Part shown: positions 20,201 through 30,528 of the stretch, piece after piece
How the letters are laid out: each line of letters opens with the position of its first letter
Numbering within the stretch: position 1 is the stretch's first letter
NCBI GenBank assembly: GCA_963706095.1
Contig: OY970149.1
Span: 1,152,418-1,216,417 of the forward strand
Origin: an uncultured Chloroflexia bacterium
Lineage (GTDB): Bacteria; Chloroflexota; Limnocylindria; Limnocylindrales; CSP1-4
Direction: 5' to 3'
Length of the DNA: 64,000 bases
Notes under the pieces: model-generated
The model's database searches: none
Told to the model about the DNA's origin: nothing
Seen by the model: only the letters and a program-made list of their open reading frames with translations
Translations under genes and position numbers: made by a program

Positions 20201-23200
20201 GCGTCCAGCAGGGGCTTGCGGCCAAGCTCGATATGCAGTCGATGTATGAGCTCGTGGGCAACAAGCTGGTGGAGATCTTCGGTTCGCAGGTCGTGGACAT
20301 CGCCGTCGTTGACGCCGCTGACGGCAAGATCCATTTCCCGTTCGCGGTCGAGCGCGGCGAGCGCCTCGACGACTACCCGATCGACCTGATCGGCTTCCGC
20401 CGCCATGTCCTCGAAACACGCGAGCCGCTGGTCATCGACCGCGACGTGCCAGCCCAGGCCGAGGCGTACGGGAACCCCGAGCATCTGGAGGGCGAGACGC
20501 CCAAGTCCGCCGTGTTCGTGCCCATGGTCAGCGGTGGCGTCACGGGCGTCCTCTCGCTCCAGAGCATCGACCGCGCGGATGCGTTCAGCGCGTCCGATGT
20601 GCGCCTGTTGACGACTCTCGCCTCGAGCCTGACCGTGGCCCTCGAAAACGCGCGGCTCTTCGACGAGACGCAGCGTCTGCTTAATGAGACGAACGAACGC
20701 GCCGCCGAGCTGGCGATCATCAACAGCGTGCAGGAGGGCCTCGCAGCCCAGCTCGACATGCAGTCGATGTACGACCTCGTCGGCGACAAGATCCAGGAGA
20801 TATTCGACGCCCAGGTGGTCGACATCGGGCTGTACGACTTCGAATCGGAAACCGTCAATTTCCCTTACACGATCGAGCGAGGAGAACGATTCCCGGATAC
20901 TCCGGCGCCATTCACCGACGCTACCCGCGACGTGATCAACGCCAAGAAGCCCGTACTCATCCCCGATGTTGACGCCGACAATGCTCTACGCGGAACCGAG
21001 CCGATGATCGTCGGCGAGAGGCCGCAGTCGATTGTCATGGCGCCGCTGATCTCGGGCGACCGCGTCTTCGGGCGAATCTCGCTCCAGAACCTTGACCGCA
21101 CGCACGCCTTCAGCGAGGCGGACGTCCGGCTGCTGACTACTCTCGCTGCCAGCCTGAGCGTCGCCCTCGAGAACGCGCGGCTCGTCGACGAAACCCGCCA
21201 GCGTGCAGCCGACCTCGCAATCGTCAACGAGGTCGGTCAGGCCGCCGCAGCACAGCTTGACCTCACGCGACTCATGCCGCTCGTTGGCGACAAGATGCGT
21301 GCCACTTTCGACGCGGATATCGTCTATCTCGCGCTCTACGATCGAGAGGCAGGTCGTATCTCGTTCCCGTACTACGCCGAGGACGGTGAGCACGTCCCCT
21401 CGGCTGATATTCAGTTCGGCGAGGGCCTGACCTCACGCATCATCTCGGCGCGCGAGCCTGTGGTCATGAACCAGCCCTGGCAGTTCGAGTCCCTGGGAAT
21501 CCCAGTGCTGGGCAGAGAGGCGAAGTCGTACCTGGGCGTGCCGATCATGGTCGCCGACCAACCGATAGGCGTGATCAGCGTTCAGAGCTCGACCGACTAC
21601 GGTCGGTTCGGCGATTCCGACGTTCGCCTGCTTTCGACCATCGCTTCGAGCATCGGGACCGCGATCCAGAACGCGCGTCTGTACAGCGAATCACAACGCC
21701 GCGGGTCGGAGATGGCAGCCCTCGCGGATGTGGGCCGAGAGATCTCCGCCACCCTCGAGCTGTCCTCCGTCCTGCAGCGCATAGTCGAGCGTGCTCAGAC
21801 CCTGTTGGGCGGTACCGCGAGCGCGGTGTTCCTGCCCGGTGCGGACGGCGGCGATACATTCCGCGCCACTGCCGCCGCCGGCGATATCGCAGAGCAGCTC
21901 AAGCAGATGAAGGTCGTCCGGGGCACGGGCATCATCGGCAGCCTTGCCGCCGAGGGACAGCCCGAGGTGATCAACGATGTCAACGCCGATCCACGCGGCG
22001 TCCAGATCGAGGGCACACCGGCCAACGAAGAGGAGCGGCTGATCGTTGCGCCGCTGCTCGGCCGCGGGGGCGTCAACGGCATGATGGCCGTCTGGCGGAC
22101 TGGCCCCGACACCCAGCCATTCACTGCGGCTGACCTGGCCTTTCTCGTCGGACTCTCGCAACAGGCCGCGATCGCGATCGACAACGCGACCCTCTTCGCC
22201 GAGCTCGCGCGACGCGCGTGAGGTTGCCGACACGGCCAATCAGGCCAAGAGCGCCTTCCTCGCGGCGATGAGCCACGAGATCAGGACGCCCATGAACGCG
22301 ATCATCGGCATGAGCGGCCTGCTGTCTGAGACCGAGCTCGACGCCGAGCAGCGCGACTACGCCGACACGATCCGCTCATCAGGCGACGCGCTGCTGACGA
22401 TCATCAACGACATCCTCGACTTCTCGAAGATCGAGGCCGGCAAGGTCGACCTGGACGCCGAGCCATTCAGCGTCTCTGACTGCGTCGAGAGCGCGCTCGA
22501 CGTCATTGCCCCGGCGGCGGCGGCGAAGGGCGTCGAGCTCGCATACGAGGTCGAGGGCGAGCTTCCGCCGGCCGTCGTCGGCGACATGGGCCGGCTGCGC
22601 CAGATCCTGCTCAACCTGCTTTCTAACGCGGTCAAGTTCACCGAGCGCGGCGAGGTGCTGGTGTCGGTCAGCAGCGCGGTCGTCGGCAGCGAGGTCGAGC
22701 TTCGGGTGATGGTCAAGGACACCGGCATCGGCATCCCCAAGGAGCAGATGAGCCGGCTCTTCCAATCGTTCAGCCAGGCAGATTCGTCCATCGCGCGGCG
22801 CTACGGCGGCACGGGTCTTGGTCTTGCGATCAGCCGCCGCTTGGCCGAGGCGATGGATGGCTCCCTGACGGCCCAGAGCAAGGGCGTCCCGGGCAAGGGC
22901 TCGACATTCAACCTGACGGTCAAGCTGCCCGCGGCGACCGATGTCCAGCTGCCGGCCGTGCCGGTGCGCCGGCCGGTCGACGTCGGCGGCAAGTCAGCGC
23001 TGATCGTGGACGACAACGCGACCAACCGGCGCATCCTGTCGGCGCAGCTGGCGCGCTGGTCGATCACCGTGCGCGACACAGCCTCGCCGGAAGAGGCGCT
23101 GCGCTGGATCCGCGACGGCGAGCAGTTCGACGTGTGCCTGCTCGACCTGTTCATGCCGGGCATGGACGGTGTCGCCCTGGCCGAAGCGATCCGCGTCGCG

Positions 23201-23797
23201 CGGCCGAAAGATACGCCGCGTCTGATCCTGGTCTCGTCTGCCGCGATGCGCGAACACGGCGCGGCCGTTGATGAGCTCCTGCCAAAGCCGGTCAAGCCGT
23301 CGGCGCTCTACGACGCGCTGGTGAACGTCTTCTCGGCGCCCGACACGCGCATGCCGCTTCAGCGGGCACCTGACCTCGCGTCCGACCCGCAGCTTGCAGC
23401 ACGCCACCCTCTGCGCATCCTGCTAGCCGAGGACAACGCTGTGAACCAGAAGCTTGCCCTGCGACTGCTGGCGAACATGGGCTACGCCGCCGATGTCGCG
23501 AGCGACGGCCTGCAGGCGATCGCCGCCCTGGAAGGATCCGACCACGACGTGGTGCTGATGGACGTCCAGATGCCCGAGCTCGACGGCCTGGAGGCGACGC
23601 GCCGGATCCGCTCGCAGTGGCCCGATCGGCCGCTGCACATCGTCGCCATGACCGCCAATGCCATGGCCGGTGATCGAGAGGCGTGTCTCGCCGCGGGCAT
23701 GAACGACTATGTCAGCAAGCCAATCCGGCCGGCCGAGCTGGCCGCTGCGCTGCAGCGCGCGCCGGCCACGTCAGCAATGGAGGTGATCGAAAAGTGA
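14249..23797 (+). CDS. Giant multi-GAF hybrid sensor histidine kinase: about 15 tandem GAF domains, then HisKA, HATPase_c and two receiver domains. Single-nt frameshifts at about 15520 and 22220.
   Basis: Three ORFs concatenate with 1-nt corrections: 14151-15542, 15475-22221 (2248 aa) and 22268-23797. The recurring module WLGVPI...[34 protein letters not shown] occurs about 15 times. An H-box ([17 protein letters not shown]), N/G boxes and two DD...D...K receiver domains follow. Confidence 0.8.
17800..21180 (+). repeat. Intragenic tandem repeats of ~535 bp (6 near-identical GAF-linker units) inside the giant kinase gene.
   Basis: Protein segments [39 protein letters not shown](E/D)MQSMY(E/D)[14 protein letters not shown] recur at about 18000, 18530, 19060, 19590, 20120 and 20650. 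Confidence 0.7.
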
Positions 23798-24155
23798 CCG
23801 ACCAGCCACCGATCATCGACCAGCAGGTGCTCGATGAGCTGCGCGCGTCCGTCGGCGGCGACGACGCGTTCGTGGCCGAGCTGTGTGCCACCTACGTGAC
23901 CGAGGGCGCCGAGCACATGTCGCAGATCGAGGCCGCGGCCGCCGCGGGCGACGTCGAGGCCATCGTGCGGCCGGCTCACTCACTCAAGTCGAGCAGTGCA
24001 TCGCTCGGCGCGGCGCGCATCTCGGCATCAGCCGCGAGATCGAGCTGGCGGGCCGCGAGGGCCGCTCGGAGGAGATGACAGACCTGGTCGCAGCGGCGCG
24101 CGCGGCCTGGGACGAGACGGTCAAAGAGCTGCGCGCGCGCAAGCTGTCGCCGTGA
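23794..24155 (+). CDS. Hpt (histidine phosphotransfer) domain protein. Its start overlaps the kinase stop (GTGA). Frameshift near 24020.
   Basis: [21 protein letters not shown] contains the HxxKG-like phosphoacceptor His. The C-terminal half [35 protein letters not shown] is in a second frame. Confidence 0.65.
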
Positions 24156-25285
24156 CCGAATCGGCCGTGGCGCTCGTCGTCGACGACAGCGCGGTCAACA
24201 GGATGCTGCTGTCGCGCCATCTCGCGTCAATGGGCATCGGCGCGCGCGAGGCCGCGGACGGGCGATCAGCGCTGGAGACGCTGCGCGAGTCGGTCGATGA
24301 CGATCGCGGTCGTCCTGCTCGACGTGATGATGCCCGAGATGGACGGCTACGAGACTCTGGCCGCCATCAAGTCCGACGACGCGCTGCGCCACGTGCCGGT
24401 GATCATGATCTCGGGCGTCGATGAGCTCGACAGCGTCGCGCGCTGCATCGAGCTGGGAGCGACCGACTACCTGCCCAAGCCGTTCAACCCGGTCATCCTC
24501 GGCGCGCGCGTCCGTGCCTCGCTGGCGGACAAGCGCATGCGCGACCTCGAGCTGGCGCATGCCGCGCAGCAACAGGCGCTGCTCGAGACGATCGAGCGCC
24601 AGAAGGACGAGCTCTCGCGCTTCCTGTCACCGCAGGTCGCGGCTCTGGTCTCCAGCCCGGAGGGCGAGCAGCTCCTGGCCGGCCATCGGCGCCTGGCGAC
24701 GGCGGTGTTCTGCGACCTGCGCGGCTTCACGAACTTCAGCGACTCGGCCGAGCCCGAGGAGGTGCTCAGCCTGCTGCGCGAGTACCACGCGCCGATGGGC
24801 GAGCTGATCGTCGAGTACGGCGGCACGCTCGAGCACTTCGCGGGCGACGGGATGATGGTCTTCTTCAACGATCCCGTGCTCCAGGAGGACCACGTCGCGC
24901 GCGCCGTGCGCATGTCCGTGGCGATGCGCGCAGATGTTCGGCGGCCTGGCTACGCGCTGGTCGAAGCTGGGCTTCGAGCTGGGTCTGGGCATCGGCATTG
25001 CGACCGGCTACGCCACGCTCGGCCGGATCGGCTTCGAGGGCCGCTACGACTACGGCATGGTCGGCACGGCCGTCATCGTCGCGTCACGCCTCAGCTCCGC
25101 GGCCGAGGCAAACCAGATCCTGCTCAACCCACGGGCTCACGTCGAGGTGGAATGAGCTCGTCCGTGTCGAGGAGGTCGGTGAGCTGCCGCTCAAGGGCTT
25201 CGCGCGCCCGATCCCGACCGTCAACGTCACTGCTCTGATTGAGACAGCTCTGGCCGAGCCTGCGCTCGCGCGCGCCGATCGCTGA
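24152..25285 (+). CDS. Response regulator with class III adenylate/guanylate cyclase output domain. At least three single-nt frameshifts (~24300, ~24935, ~25150).
   Basis: The GTG start overlaps the Hpt stop. The receiver is ALVVDDSAVNRMLL...VVLLDVMMPEMDGYETLAAIK...PVIMISG. The cyclase domain is AVFCDLRGFTNFSD...HFAGDGMMVFFN...LGIGIATGYATLGRIG...GTAVIVASRL across three frames. Confidence 0.7.
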
Positions 25286-26251
25286 TCAGTGCCGAGAGGC
25301 GTAGTCCTCGGTGTCGAGGTCGGATGGCGGCACGAGATCGGCTGAGGGCTCGAGATCGGCTGTGGGCTCGGTATCGGGTGGCGGCTCACCGTCATGCGCG
25401 GGTGGCGTCCACGGCGGCGGGTAGTCGTAGGGCTTGGTGTCGCGCCGGCCGTGGTTCCAGATCAGGATCACGAGGCCGATCATGATCACCAGGAAGCCCA
25501 CGATCTGGGCCGTGGCAATGCCGCCCAGGGTCCAGTTCCAGCCACTGCGGAATGGCTCCAGCACGATCCGCGTGGCGCCGTACCAGATGCCCCAAAAGGC
25601 GACTAGGTCGCCCGGCTGGAGCCGGTGCAGCATGCGGCGCGATAGGTACAGGACGATGAACCCGCCCAGGATGTTGAGCGCGGACTCGTAGAAGAAGAGC
25701 GGGTGGAAGCCGGTCGTCGCCTCGGGAAAGAGCGAGCAGGGGTACTGGGCGACGCGATGGGCGCAGTCGATGGCGATGCCCCACGGCACGTCGGTCGGTG
25801 GCCCGTACAGCTCCTGGTTGAAGAAGTTGCCCCAGCGCGCGATCCCCTGGGCGAAGAGCGTGCCCGCGATGACCGAATCCAGCGACAGCGGTAACGACAA
25901 CTTTTTCCAGCGCGTATAGATGAAGATGCCGAGCGCCGCACCGGCGATGCCGCCATACAGGCCGAGCCCGGAATACGGCGGCAGGATGGCGCTGATCGGG
26001 TTCTGGCTGTAGATCTGTCCCCATTGATCGATGACGTGGTACAGACGGCCACCGATCAACGCGATGACGGCGACCATGAGCAGGGCGCCGAACGCATGCG
26101 CCGGGTCGATGCCGCGGCGTGCGAGCTCCGTCTGCGTGACCAGCAGCAGCACGCCGATGCCGATCACGTAGCCCACGCCATACCAGCCGATGCCCAGCGG
26201 ACCGAGCATGACGATGTTCGGATCCGGCGTAATCGGGATCAGCGGGAACAC
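25286..26251 (-). CDS. lgt: Prolipoprotein diacylglyceryl transferase with Pro/acid-rich C-terminal tail.
   Basis: GPLGIGWYGVGYVIG N-terminus and GGRLYHV, GNFFNQELYG motifs typical of Lgt. Confidence 0.85.
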   Translation of the reverse strand: MFPLIPITPDPNIVMLGPLGIGWYGVGYVIGIGVLLLVTQTELARRGIDPAHAFGALLMVAVIALIGGRLYHVIDQWGQIYSQNPISAILPPYSGLGLYGGIAGAALGIFIYTRWKKLSLPLSLDSVIAGTLFAQGIARWGNFFNQELYGPPTDVPWGIAIDCAHRVAQYPCSLFPEATTGFHPLFFYESALNILGGFIVLYLSRRMLHRLQPGDLVAFWGIWYGATRIVLEPFRSGWNWTLGGIATAQIVGFLVIMIGLVILIWNHGRRDTKPYDYPPPWTPPAHDGEPPPDTEPTADLEPSADLVPPSDLDTEDYASRH

Positions 26252-26298
26252 GCGGGCAGCATACCTATACTCGCGCTCGTGACAGGCTTTTCGACGAC

Positions 26299-26547
26299 GT
26301 GACGGAGCAGTTCATCGGCTGGGCGCTGATGCTCGGTCTTGTCGTCGGAGGAATGCTCGTCTGGTTCGCCGTCGGCCGGCTGCCGCGCAGCGGCGAGGAG
26401 ATCCCGGAAGACGAGCGCGCGGCGGAGGCGGCCTGGATCAGCCAGACGATCGTCGAGCGCGGCGGCAACGCGCCACCCGAGTTGGTCCAAGAGGTGCTCG
26501 AGCTCCACGTCGACTACCTGGATCGCATCGCCGAGGAACGCGGCTAG
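26299..26547 (+). CDS. Small hypothetical membrane protein (1 TM).
   Basis: 82 aa, N-terminal TM helix. Sits in a gap between lgt and the cupin gene with plausible codon usage. Confidence 0.35.
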   Translation: MTEQFIGWALMLGLVVGGMLVWFAVGRLPRSGEEIPEDERAAEAAWISQTIVERGGNAPPELVQEVLELHVDYLDRIAEERG

Positions 26548-26826
26548 CTCGCCTAGGCGCGCGGCGCCGAGGGGCGTGGCTTGGGCGCAAGCATTGAGGT
26601 CAGGACCCTGCCTCGCACGTTTTCAGATCTACTGAACACGAAGTCCCCGAATTGCTTGGTTTGATCGGTGTGACGCCGCGTGGATCGCCTGTCGCTTCAA
26701 ATTCCCTGCACGGCCGCGCATAACCGGCCGGCCGGAAGGTCTGGAAGTCTGTCGAAATCGCCGAAATCGGCGAGAGGTGTTCACTAGACCTGAAAAACCG
26801 GGCGGTTAGCTTCCCCCTTGTGGGCG

Positions 26827-27166
26827 CTACCAGGCGGTCAGATGGCGCAGGCCGTCGGTCAGAGAGCCGGCTGGCAGGTGCGCCTCGAGGCACCGAACTC
26901 CGGCGCTGCCGACGGTCGCGGCGTGGGTCGTGCCGGCCGGTAGGTCCAGCCGCTCACCGGCGCGCAACTCCACGTCGCGGCCAAGATCGTACGAGATGGA
27001 ACGTGATGGAGCCGGCGGCCGCAACGAGGACCTTGTCGTACGAGTGGCTGTGCGCGCCGTATGTGTCACCCGGCGCGTTGCTCCAGCTGCCGGCGCTCAG
27101 GCCCTCGGCGGCGAGTCGCTCGGCCAGCCCATCCGTGGAGAAGGACTGGCCCGATGCATCGCTCAT
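26827..27166 (-). CDS. Cupin domain protein, frameshifted near 27000.
   Basis: GDTYGAHSHSYDKVLVAAAGSI (cupin motif 1) in one frame continues as SYDLGRDVELRAGERLDLPAGTTHA in the adjacent frame. Confidence 0.5.
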
Positions 27167-28311
27167 GCGGCGAGGTTGCCGATCAGCGTTCCCACGGCGT
27201 AGGTCATCGTGGCCGCAGCAGCCCCGATGGCCACCTGGCGCGCGCCGGAGAAGAGCAGGCTCTTGCCGGTGACGAGGCTGACTCCGGCACCGACGCCGAA
27301 GAGCGCCACGAACGACAGGGCCAGCCCGCCGATGAACGCGTTCTGGCCCGAGCCCAACAGGAACGGAATGAGCGGCACGAGTGCGCCCAATCCGAAGGAC
27401 AGGAACGACGAGGCGGCCGCGCCCCAGGGCGATCCCAGCTCGTTCGGATCCAGTCCGAGCTCCTCGCGCACCTTGGTGTCCAGCGCCTTATCGGGATCCT
27501 CCATGAGCGTGGCGGCGATGCGCTCGGCGTCGGCCCTGGCGACGCCCTTCTCGACATAGATCTCGGCCAGCTCGGCCTGCTCGACGTCGGGCATCACGCG
27601 CATCTCTTCGCGCTCGATCGAGATCTGGTTCTCGAACATCTCGCGCTGGCTCTGCATCGAGATGTACTCGCCCGCGGCCATCGAGAAGGCACCGGCCAGC
27701 AGGCCCGAGATACCGGCGAGCACGACGACGCGGTCGTCGGAGCTGGCCCCGGCCACGCCCATGATCAGCGAGAGGTTGCTGACCAGGCCGTCGTTGGCGC
27801 CGAAGACCGCGGCACGGAGCGTGCCCGACCTGCCGCCGCGGTGCCACGCCTCCTCGGCCAGGGAGTGCGCGCCGGCACCGCTGCGCGACGCCCGCCGCCC
27901 GGAAAGCTCGTCCCAGAGCGCGGCGTGCTCACGCTCGTCGGCAGCGATGGCAGCCGTTTCGGGCGTGAGCTGACCGGCGTAGACCTGCTCCTCGTCGCCC
28001 TCGAGGGCCTGCACCAGATCCGACACCCGGGCCGTGCCGAACAGCCGTGCCAGGAGGATGATCAGTCGGACGCGCGCACGCGGGCCGCCCATGGGCGGGA
28101 CCTTCTCGCCCAGCTCTGACAGGCGCGTCGCCCAGATATCGGCGTGGCGACGCTCGTTGGCGGCGATCCGCTTGAAAGTTTCACTGCGGCGTGGGTCAGG
28201 CTCGATCTCCGCCAGGCTGTCGTAGAGCACGACGGCGTCCTGCTCCAGCTTCAGGTTGGCGAGGCTCCGCTTGCGCTCGTTGTCTGTCATCGACAGTGCC
28301 GGCTGGGTCAT
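27163..28311 (-). CDS. Membrane-bound ferritin-like / VIT1 (CCC1) iron transporter fusion (MbfA-like, erythrin-vacuolar iron transport family).
   Basis: N-terminal rubrerythrin/ferritin-like di-iron motifs (ERRHADIW, EREHAALW). C-terminal VIT1 domain (FGANDGLVSNLSLIMGVAG, 4-5 TM). Confidence 0.8.
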   Translation of the reverse strand: MTQPALSMTDNERKRSLANLKLEQDAVVLYDSLAEIEPDPRRSETFKRIAANERRHADIWATRLSELGEKVPPMGGPRARVRLIILLARLFGTARVSDLVQALEGDEEQVYAGQLTPETAAIAADEREHAALWDELSGRRASRSGAGAHSLAEEAWHRGGRSGTLRAAVFGANDGLVSNLSLIMGVAGASSDDRVVVLAGISGLLAGAFSMAAGEYISMQSQREMFENQISIEREEMRVMPDVEQAELAEIYVEKGVARADAERIAATLMEDPDKALDTKVREELGLDPNELGSPWGAAASSFLSFGLGALVPLIPFLLGSGQNAFIGGLALSFVALFGVGAGVSLVTGKSLLFSGARQVAIGAAAATMTYAVGTLIGNLAA

Positions 28312-28396
28312 CCGTCCAAGCGTATCGAGCGGGCGTCCACGCCGTCTTCGACTCTCGGCTCGTGTATTGCGGTCCGAAGGGCCTAATCTGTCGGCC

Positions 28397-29371
28397 ATGG
28401 GCGTGCCACCGCTCCGCTACCTGTCCGCGGCAGAGCTGGAGCGCTGCCTGCCAGATGTCGACGAGCGGCTGGACCTCGCGGCGCGCGCACTGACCGCGCT
28501 CGGCCGCGGCACGGCGGAGATGCCGCCCAAGATCGGCGTTCACACGCGGCCCGGCGCGCTGCTGCATGCCATGCCGGCCTGGCTGCGTGACACGGACCTC
28601 GTTGGGGTCAAGTGGATTGGCGCCTACCCGAACAACCGCGCGCTCGGCGTGCCCGCGATCAGCGGCCTGGTCGTGCTCAACGACCCGGAGACGGGCGTTC
28701 CGCTCTGGATCATGGACGCGGCGCGCATCACGGCGCTGCGTACGGCCGCGGTCAGTGGTGTGGGCATCCGCCTCTTCCAGCCGGCCGAGGTTCAGCGCGT
28801 TGCCATTCTTGGCGCCGGAGTGCAGGCATCCAGTCACGTCGAGCTGCTGCGCGCACTGCTGCCCGACGCCGAGCTGCTCATCTACGACCGCCATGCCGAG
28901 CGCGCGCAGGGTGTGGCCGACCAGGCGAGGGCTGCCGGCCAGCGCGCGGTTGTGGCAGCCGACGCGCGCGAGGCGACCCGCAGCGCACAGGTGGTGATCA
29001 CTGTGGCGAGCTTCGGCAGCGCGAAACAGGTTCTGACCCCCGACTGGCTGGCCGATGGCGCGCTCCCGGTTGCGGTCGACTTCGCCACCTACATGTCGGC
29101 GGAGCTGGCGCGGAGTGTCGGCCGGTTCGTGGTCGACGATCGCGAGCAGTTCCTGGCGTACCGCGGCGCGGGCTACTTCGATGACTATCCCGATCCCGAC
29201 GCGACGCTGGGCGAGGAGCTGGAGCGCGGGCAGCGTGGCCGGACTTCGCCTGACGCGCGGCTGCCCGCGCTGGTCACGCACCTCGGCGTGGGCCTCGCAG
29301 ACGTCGTGTTCGCTGACGCGATCCGGCGCCGCGCCGAGGAGCTCGGCGCGGGCATGGAGCTGCCACGATGA
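28397..29371 (+). CDS. Ornithine cyclodeaminase / mu-crystallin family protein.
   Basis: Rossmann GAGVQA motif and OCD-family layout, 324 aa. Confidence 0.75.
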   Translation: MGVPPLRYLSAAELERCLPDVDERLDLAARALTALGRGTAEMPPKIGVHTRPGALLHAMPAWLRDTDLVGVKWIGAYPNNRALGVPAISGLVVLNDPETGVPLWIMDAARITALRTAAVSGVGIRLFQPAEVQRVAILGAGVQASSHVELLRALLPDAELLIYDRHAERAQGVADQARAAGQRAVVAADAREATRSAQVVITVASFGSAKQVLTPDWLADGALPVAVDFATYMSAELARSVGRFVVDDREQFLAYRGAGYFDDYPDPDATLGEELERGQRGRTSPDARLPALVTHLGVGLADVVFADAIRRRAEELGAGMELPR

Positions 29372-30528
29372 GCGGCCAAGGCTCGTCGGGCGGCCAGGGC
29401 CTGGTCGAGTTCAGTGACCGGATCGGCGGCAGTGGCTCGGCGCGGCTGATAGCGCTCGGCGTGGTCGTCGTCCTCGTCGGCTTCGTCGCCGTCGCCATCC
29501 TCGGCCGTGAGCCGGCTCCCCCTCCTGTCGCCGTCGCTTCACCGGTTGCGTCGGCTGCTGCCAGCGCGAGCACAGAGCCGCCGCAGGAGGCCGCACCGAC
29601 CGCGTCACCGATGCAGCCGCCAGAAGACGTCGCAGTGATTGCACCTACGACCGATCAACCGCGCTTCGATGAGCACCTCGCGCTGGTCCTCGAGGTCGCG
29701 GGCACGGCACGCTACGCGCCGCTTTTGGAGTCAGAGCCTGGTCACTGGCAAGCGGCATACCACATCCCGTATCCGCGGCCAGCGCTGGAAGCGACGATCG
29801 TGCTCACCCAGATCCCGGCGCCGCCAGGCGAGGTGGACCGCCTGTCCATCGGCAGCTGGGAAGTCAGCTTCGTGCCGATGACCCTCGGATGGGCGCAGGC
29901 CTTCAATGTTCTCGACGCTGTCGAGGAACCGCGTCGGATGTCCGGCGCGTCGGACCTGGCGCGATCTGGCTTCCGCATCTCCGCCATAGCCGAAAGCCGG
30001 CTCTACCACGGGATTCTGCACGTCGACATACAGCGTCACCGTCCACTGCCTCCTCCGAACGAGAGCTACGCGGTGGAGGTCAGGGCCGGCCGGTTCGTGA
30101 CGAGAATCGACCTTTCTGTGGTGGAGCCCGGCCGGCTGAGCGGGTTGCTGGTCATTCCGGACAGGGTCAGGGCGACTGTGATCGAGCTCACGCTGATGGC
30201 CATTCCTGCTCAGAATCCGCTGCTCGGGCTGGTCACGGTGCACAGGTTCGAGACCGCGCTGCCGCAGCTCGACGAATTCGTCACCGGGCATTCGCTGATC
30301 TCGGTCAGCCCGGGCGGGGACGTCGGCCCCGGCGAGCCCGAGCTGCTTGCCTACGACTACCGGTTCAGCGCCGCGACCACCTATGCCGACAACCAGCGCG
30401 CCTTCACCCTCGACCTGCTGGTGTCTGCCGTCGATGACGAAGACGGCTTCGCTGAGATGTCCATCCCCTGGCCGCCCGACCGAACGACGGAGCAGCCCGA
30501 TCTAACGGCGGAGCAGCCCGATCTGTGA
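29368..30528 (+). CDS. Hypothetical membrane-anchored protein (N-terminal TM, Pro/Ala-rich linker, C-terminal globular domain).
   Basis: Start overlaps the OCD stop (ATGA). TM helix LIALGVVVVLVGFVAVAIL. Confidence 0.5.
   Translation: MSGQGSSGGQGLVEFSDRIGGSGSARLIALGVVVVLVGFVAVAILGREPAPPPVAVASPVASAAASASTEPPQEAAPTASPMQPPEDVAVIAPTTDQPRFDEHLALVLEVAGTARYAPLLESEPGHWQAAYHIPYPRPALEATIVLTQIPAPPGEVDRLSIGSWEVSFVPMTLGWAQAFNVLDAVEEPRRMSGASDLARSGFRISAIAESRLYHGILHVDIQRHRPLPPPNESYAVEVRAGRFVTRIDLSVVEPGRLSGLLVIPDRVRATVIELTLMAIPAQNPLLGLVTVHRFETALPQLDEFVTGHSLISVSPGGDVGPGEPELLAYDYRFSAATTYADNQRAFTLDLLVSAVDDEDGFAEMSIPWPPDRTTEQPDLTAEQPDL

Noticed and set aside
17800-21180. Regularly spaced repeats that could superficially resemble a CRISPR array
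   Set aside because: Period is ~535 bp, the units are coding (GAF domains in one continuous frame), and there are no short conserved repeats with unique spacers.
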